In this document: positions 38,428-41,031 of the stretch, one piece after another
How positions within the stretch are numbered: the stretch's first letter is position 1
Layout: each line of letters begins with the position of its first letter
Origin: Candidatus Yanofskybacteria bacterium RIFCSPHIGHO2_12_FULL_45_19b
GTDB lineage: Bacteria > Patescibacteriota > Minisyncoccia > 2-02-FULL-40-12 > IGHO2-12-FULL-4
Length of the DNA: 41,031 nt
Direction: 5' to 3'
Assembly (NCBI GenBank): GCA_001794605.1
Contig: MGKD01000023.1
Span: 1 to 41,031, forward strand
Position numbers and translations under genes: made by a program
Notes under the pieces: generated by a model
Database searches by the model: none
Told to the model about the DNA's origin: nothing
What the model saw: only the letters and a program-made list of their open reading frames with translations

Positions 38428-38541
38428 AATGACAAATGACAAAGTGAGAATGACTAGTCAATGACAAAGTTCAAAATCCAAAATTTTTGTCATTTGAGCT
38501 TTAGATTTGATTAGTCATTAGTCATTTTAATTTAGTCATTG
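38428..38541. repeat. 7-nt-periodic hairpin (aatgaca/tagtcat family)
   Basis: aatgacaaatgacaaa ... ttagtcattagtcatt. Confidence 0.78.
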
Positions 38542-39002
38542 TTAACTTCTTCCTTCTTTCTCGGTGCTTCGTCCTTTCCCGGTTCCCCAATCTCACGATA
38601 GATTGTCCCCAAAACACCATTCACAAATTTTCCTGAGGCCTCACCGCCAAAAGTTTTAGCTAATTCAATTGCCTCGTTAATCGCCACCTTGGGTGGCACC
38701 TCGTCGCGTTTGCCAAATAACAACTCAAAAATACCTAAACGCAAAACATTACGATCCACAATCGCGATCTGATCGAGTGGCCATTGTGGTGCCGCCTTCT
38801 CTATAATCTTATCCAGTTGAGACAGATGTTCCAGCACTCCGCCCACCAAATCTTTTATAAACTTAGTCTCTTCCAAACCGGGGGCAAACTCGGCGGTATT
38901 GTGGGTCATAATCTCTGGCAGTAACGCATTGTCGCGACCACGAAAATCCCATTCATAGAGGGATTGCATGGCCACCGATCGAGATAAGTGCCGAGATGCC
39001 AT
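38532..39002 (-). CDS. nusB: transcription antitermination factor NusB
   Basis: [26 protein letters not shown] motifs. Confidence 0.97.
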   Translation of the reverse strand: MASRHLSRSVAMQSLYEWDFRGRDNALLPEIMTHNTAEFAPGLEETKFIKDLVGGVLEHLSQLDKIIEKAAPQWPLDQIAIVDRNVLRLGIFELLFGKRDEVPPKVAINEAIELAKTFGGEASGKFVNGVLGTIYREIGEPGKDEAPRKKEEVNND

Positions 39003-39009
39003 AGAGTAA

Positions 39010-39088
39010 CATCCAAATTTACGAATAGATCCTAATATACGTATAAAATCCTTTCTGTATTAGTATATTCGGATTAATTAGTAAATTA
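39010..39088. repeat. AT-rich hairpin repeat (tacgaat/attagt family), copy 2
   Basis: Matches 4163-4246. Confidence 0.8.
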
Positions 39089-39307
39089 GCTACGTTTCTT
39101 GCGCTGCTTTTCTTTTTTCCTTAACTCCTTGGCCAAAACATTAACCACCGCTCGGCCGTTATAATAACCACAGTGCGGACAAGCCCGATGCGAAAGCTTC
39201 TGTTTATGACAGTTCGAACAAGTGGAAAAATTAGCTGGCTTTAAAGCTAAGTGACTGCGCCGACGGCCCTTCTGACCCCGAGTTGAATGCGCGCGTGGGA
39301 CACCCAT
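39086..39307 (-). CDS. rpmF: 50S ribosomal protein L32
   Basis: MGVP...RRSH, CxxC...HRACPHCGYYNGR motifs. Confidence 0.96.
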   Translation of the reverse strand: MGVPRAHSTRGQKGRRRSHLALKPANFSTCSNCHKQKLSHRACPHCGYYNGRAVVNVLAKELRKKEKQRKKRS

Positions 39308-39529
39308 AAGTTCGAATTAGGAATAATGAATTATGAATCAGGCTACCTGAAAGCAAAATTAGATTAGCATAAAACTATTAAAAAGCAAGGTCTCCAGATT
39401 TACCTGAAACTTATCCACAAAAAGGTCAAGTTGCGGTGACTGAAGCGAATGTTAAAATCTAGCTGTACCTGCCCCGTGATTCCGAACCAGGTGAGGAATT
39501 TTCGGGGTGTCATCCTTCAACTAATACAT

Positions 39530-41031
39530 ATGTCTAAGTTTATACATCTTCACGTTCATAGTCACTACTCTTTATTAGACGGCCTTTCCAAAATTGATGA
39601 CCTAGTAAACCGTGCTAAAGAATTGGAGATGCCGGCGCTCGCCCTCACCGACCACGGCGTGATGTATGGCGCCATTGAGTTTTATCAAAAGGCAAAAAAG
39701 GCCGGTATCAAGCCAATTATTGGTTGCGAAGTCTATGTCGCTAATCGTTCCCATCTACAAAAAGAAGCGCACATTGATAACAAACGTTATCACCTCACGC
39801 TACTCGCTAAAAACAACACCGGTTATGAAAATTTAATTAAACTCACTACTGTCGCCCACCTGGAGGGTTACTACTACAAACCGCGCGTAGACCGAGAATT
39901 ACTCAAGCAACACGCTGAGGGATTGATTTGTTTATCGGGTTGCCCCGCCGGTGAGGTGGGTCGCGCTATTCAATCCGGTGATCTCGAAAAAGCTGAGACC
40001 GTTGTCAAAGAATATCAGGCGATTTTTGGGGCGGAAAACTACTACCTGGAGATCATGCACCACCCGGACATGGAGTGGTATGAACAGTGGAAGTCGGGAG
40101 TGCTGAGTTTATCTAAAAAATTAAATATCTCGATTGTTGGTACGCAAGATTCACACTATCTAAACAAAGAGGATGCCTTTGCCCACAAAACCTTAGTGGC
40201 AATCTCTACTGCTACTGATGTCAGCGAAACGGGAATTTTTTCTGGAAGTGGCGAGTATCACTTTTTATCTACCGAGGAGGCGATGGAAAAATTTAAAGAT
40301 ATCCCCGAAGCCGTTACTAATACCAGCCTACTGGCCGAGCGTTGCCAGATAGACCTAACCTTGGGTCAATTTATTTTCCCCAACTTTGAACTGGAGCCAG
40401 GCAAAACCGCCGACCAGATGCTGAATGAATTAACCTTGGTGGGAATGAAAGAAAAGGGTCTAGCCGAAAACCCTGAAGCCGAAAAACGTCGCCAGTACGA
40501 ACTAGACATTATTAAAACCAAAGCCTACGCCCCCTATTTTTTGGTAGTCTCCGATATTTTGCGTTTCGCTCACCAGTCTAACATTTACACTACCGTGCGC
40601 GGTTCGGCCGCCGGATCGCTAGTGGCTTACCTATCAGGCATTACCAATGTTGATCCGCTCGAATTTCAACTGCCCTTTGAGCGCTTCCTAAATCCGTTCC
40701 GCCCCTCTGCGCCCGATATTGATATGGATTTTGCCGATAACCGCCGGCACGAGATTTTGGAATACGCCAAGCAGAAATATGGTGAAGATAAAGTTGCCCA
40801 GATCGGCACCTTCGGCACGATGATGGCACGCGGTGCAGTGCGTGACGTGGCCCGCGCCTTAGGCAAACCCTACGAAGTTGGCGACCGTATCGCCAAATTA
40901 ATTCCGATGGGCTCACAAGGGTTTCCGATGACCATCAAGCAGGCCAAAAAGATCGAGCCCGAGCTAGAAAAAATCTACAACCAAGATCCAGAAGCTAAGC
41001 AGATTCTTGATATTGCGGAAAAACTAGAAGG
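39530..41031 (+). CDS. dnaE: DNA polymerase III alpha subunit, 5' part (runs off the window)
   Basis: [43 protein letters not shown] translated by hand. Confidence 0.97.
   Translation, partial: MSKFIHLHVHSHYSLLDGLSKIDDLVNRAKELEMPALALTDHGVMYGAIEFYQKAKKAGIKPIIGCEVYVANRSHLQKEAHIDNKRYHLTLLAKNNTGYENLIKLTTVAHLEGYYYKPRVDRELLKQHAEGLICLSGCPAGEVGRAIQSGDLEKAETVVKEYQAIFGAENYYLEIMHHPDMEWYEQWKSGVLSLSKKLNISIVGTQDSHYLNKEDAFAHKTLVAISTATDVSETGIFSGSGEYHFLSTEEAMEKFKDIPEAVTNTSLLAERCQIDLTLGQFIFPNFELEPGKTADQMLNELTLVGMKEKGLAENPEAEKRRQYELDIIKTKAYAPYFLVVSDILRFAHQSNIYTTVRGSAAGSLVAYLSGITNVDPLEFQLPFERFLNPFRPSAPDIDMDFADNRRHEILEYAKQKYGEDKVAQIGTFGTMMARGAVRDVARALGKPYEVGDRIAKLIPMGSQGFPMTIKQAKKIEPELEKIYNQDPEAKQILDIAEKLE

Noticed and set aside
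40641-40916. Minus-strand ORFs near the right end
   Set aside because: Antisense to dnaE, which the ORF track missed because it has no stop in the window.

Overview
Bacterial chromosomal window, most likely Patescibacteria/CPR (Parcubacteria-like). This is inferred from the intron-riddled rRNAs, CPR-type pilin, split transketolase and the 16S 505-526 pseudoknot variant. Nearly all genes are on the minus strand: rpmF-nusB-rnc, hicBA-rpsP-khpA-trmD, 16S rRNA, about 13 kb of protein and tRNA genes (trmH, rnhB, gap, split tkt, pilin, LOG, dedA, rmuC, tRNA-Ile/Ala/Arg), then 23S-5S rRNA, rodA, rpoB and rpoC. A partial dnaE lies on the plus strand. The rRNA genes carry seven introns: group I at S516, S1498, L1917, L1931, L2593 and L2656, and an atypical group II at S1399. 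Five of them encode LAGLIDADG endonucleases. The most striking unexplained signal is a family of about 115-200 nt hairpin elements with terminal inverted arms CGTCCCAGTGCCGA..ATTG / CAAT..TCGGCACTGGGACG. Six copies occupy variable helices of the 23S rRNA; others lie in the 16S leader, the 3' end of rmuC and downstream of LOG, and one fragment is in-frame in GAPDH. Other short palindromic and 7-nt-periodic elements are also inserted in-frame in proteins and in rRNA. All coordinates and helix numbers were read by eye; E. coli numbering comes from manual alignment.
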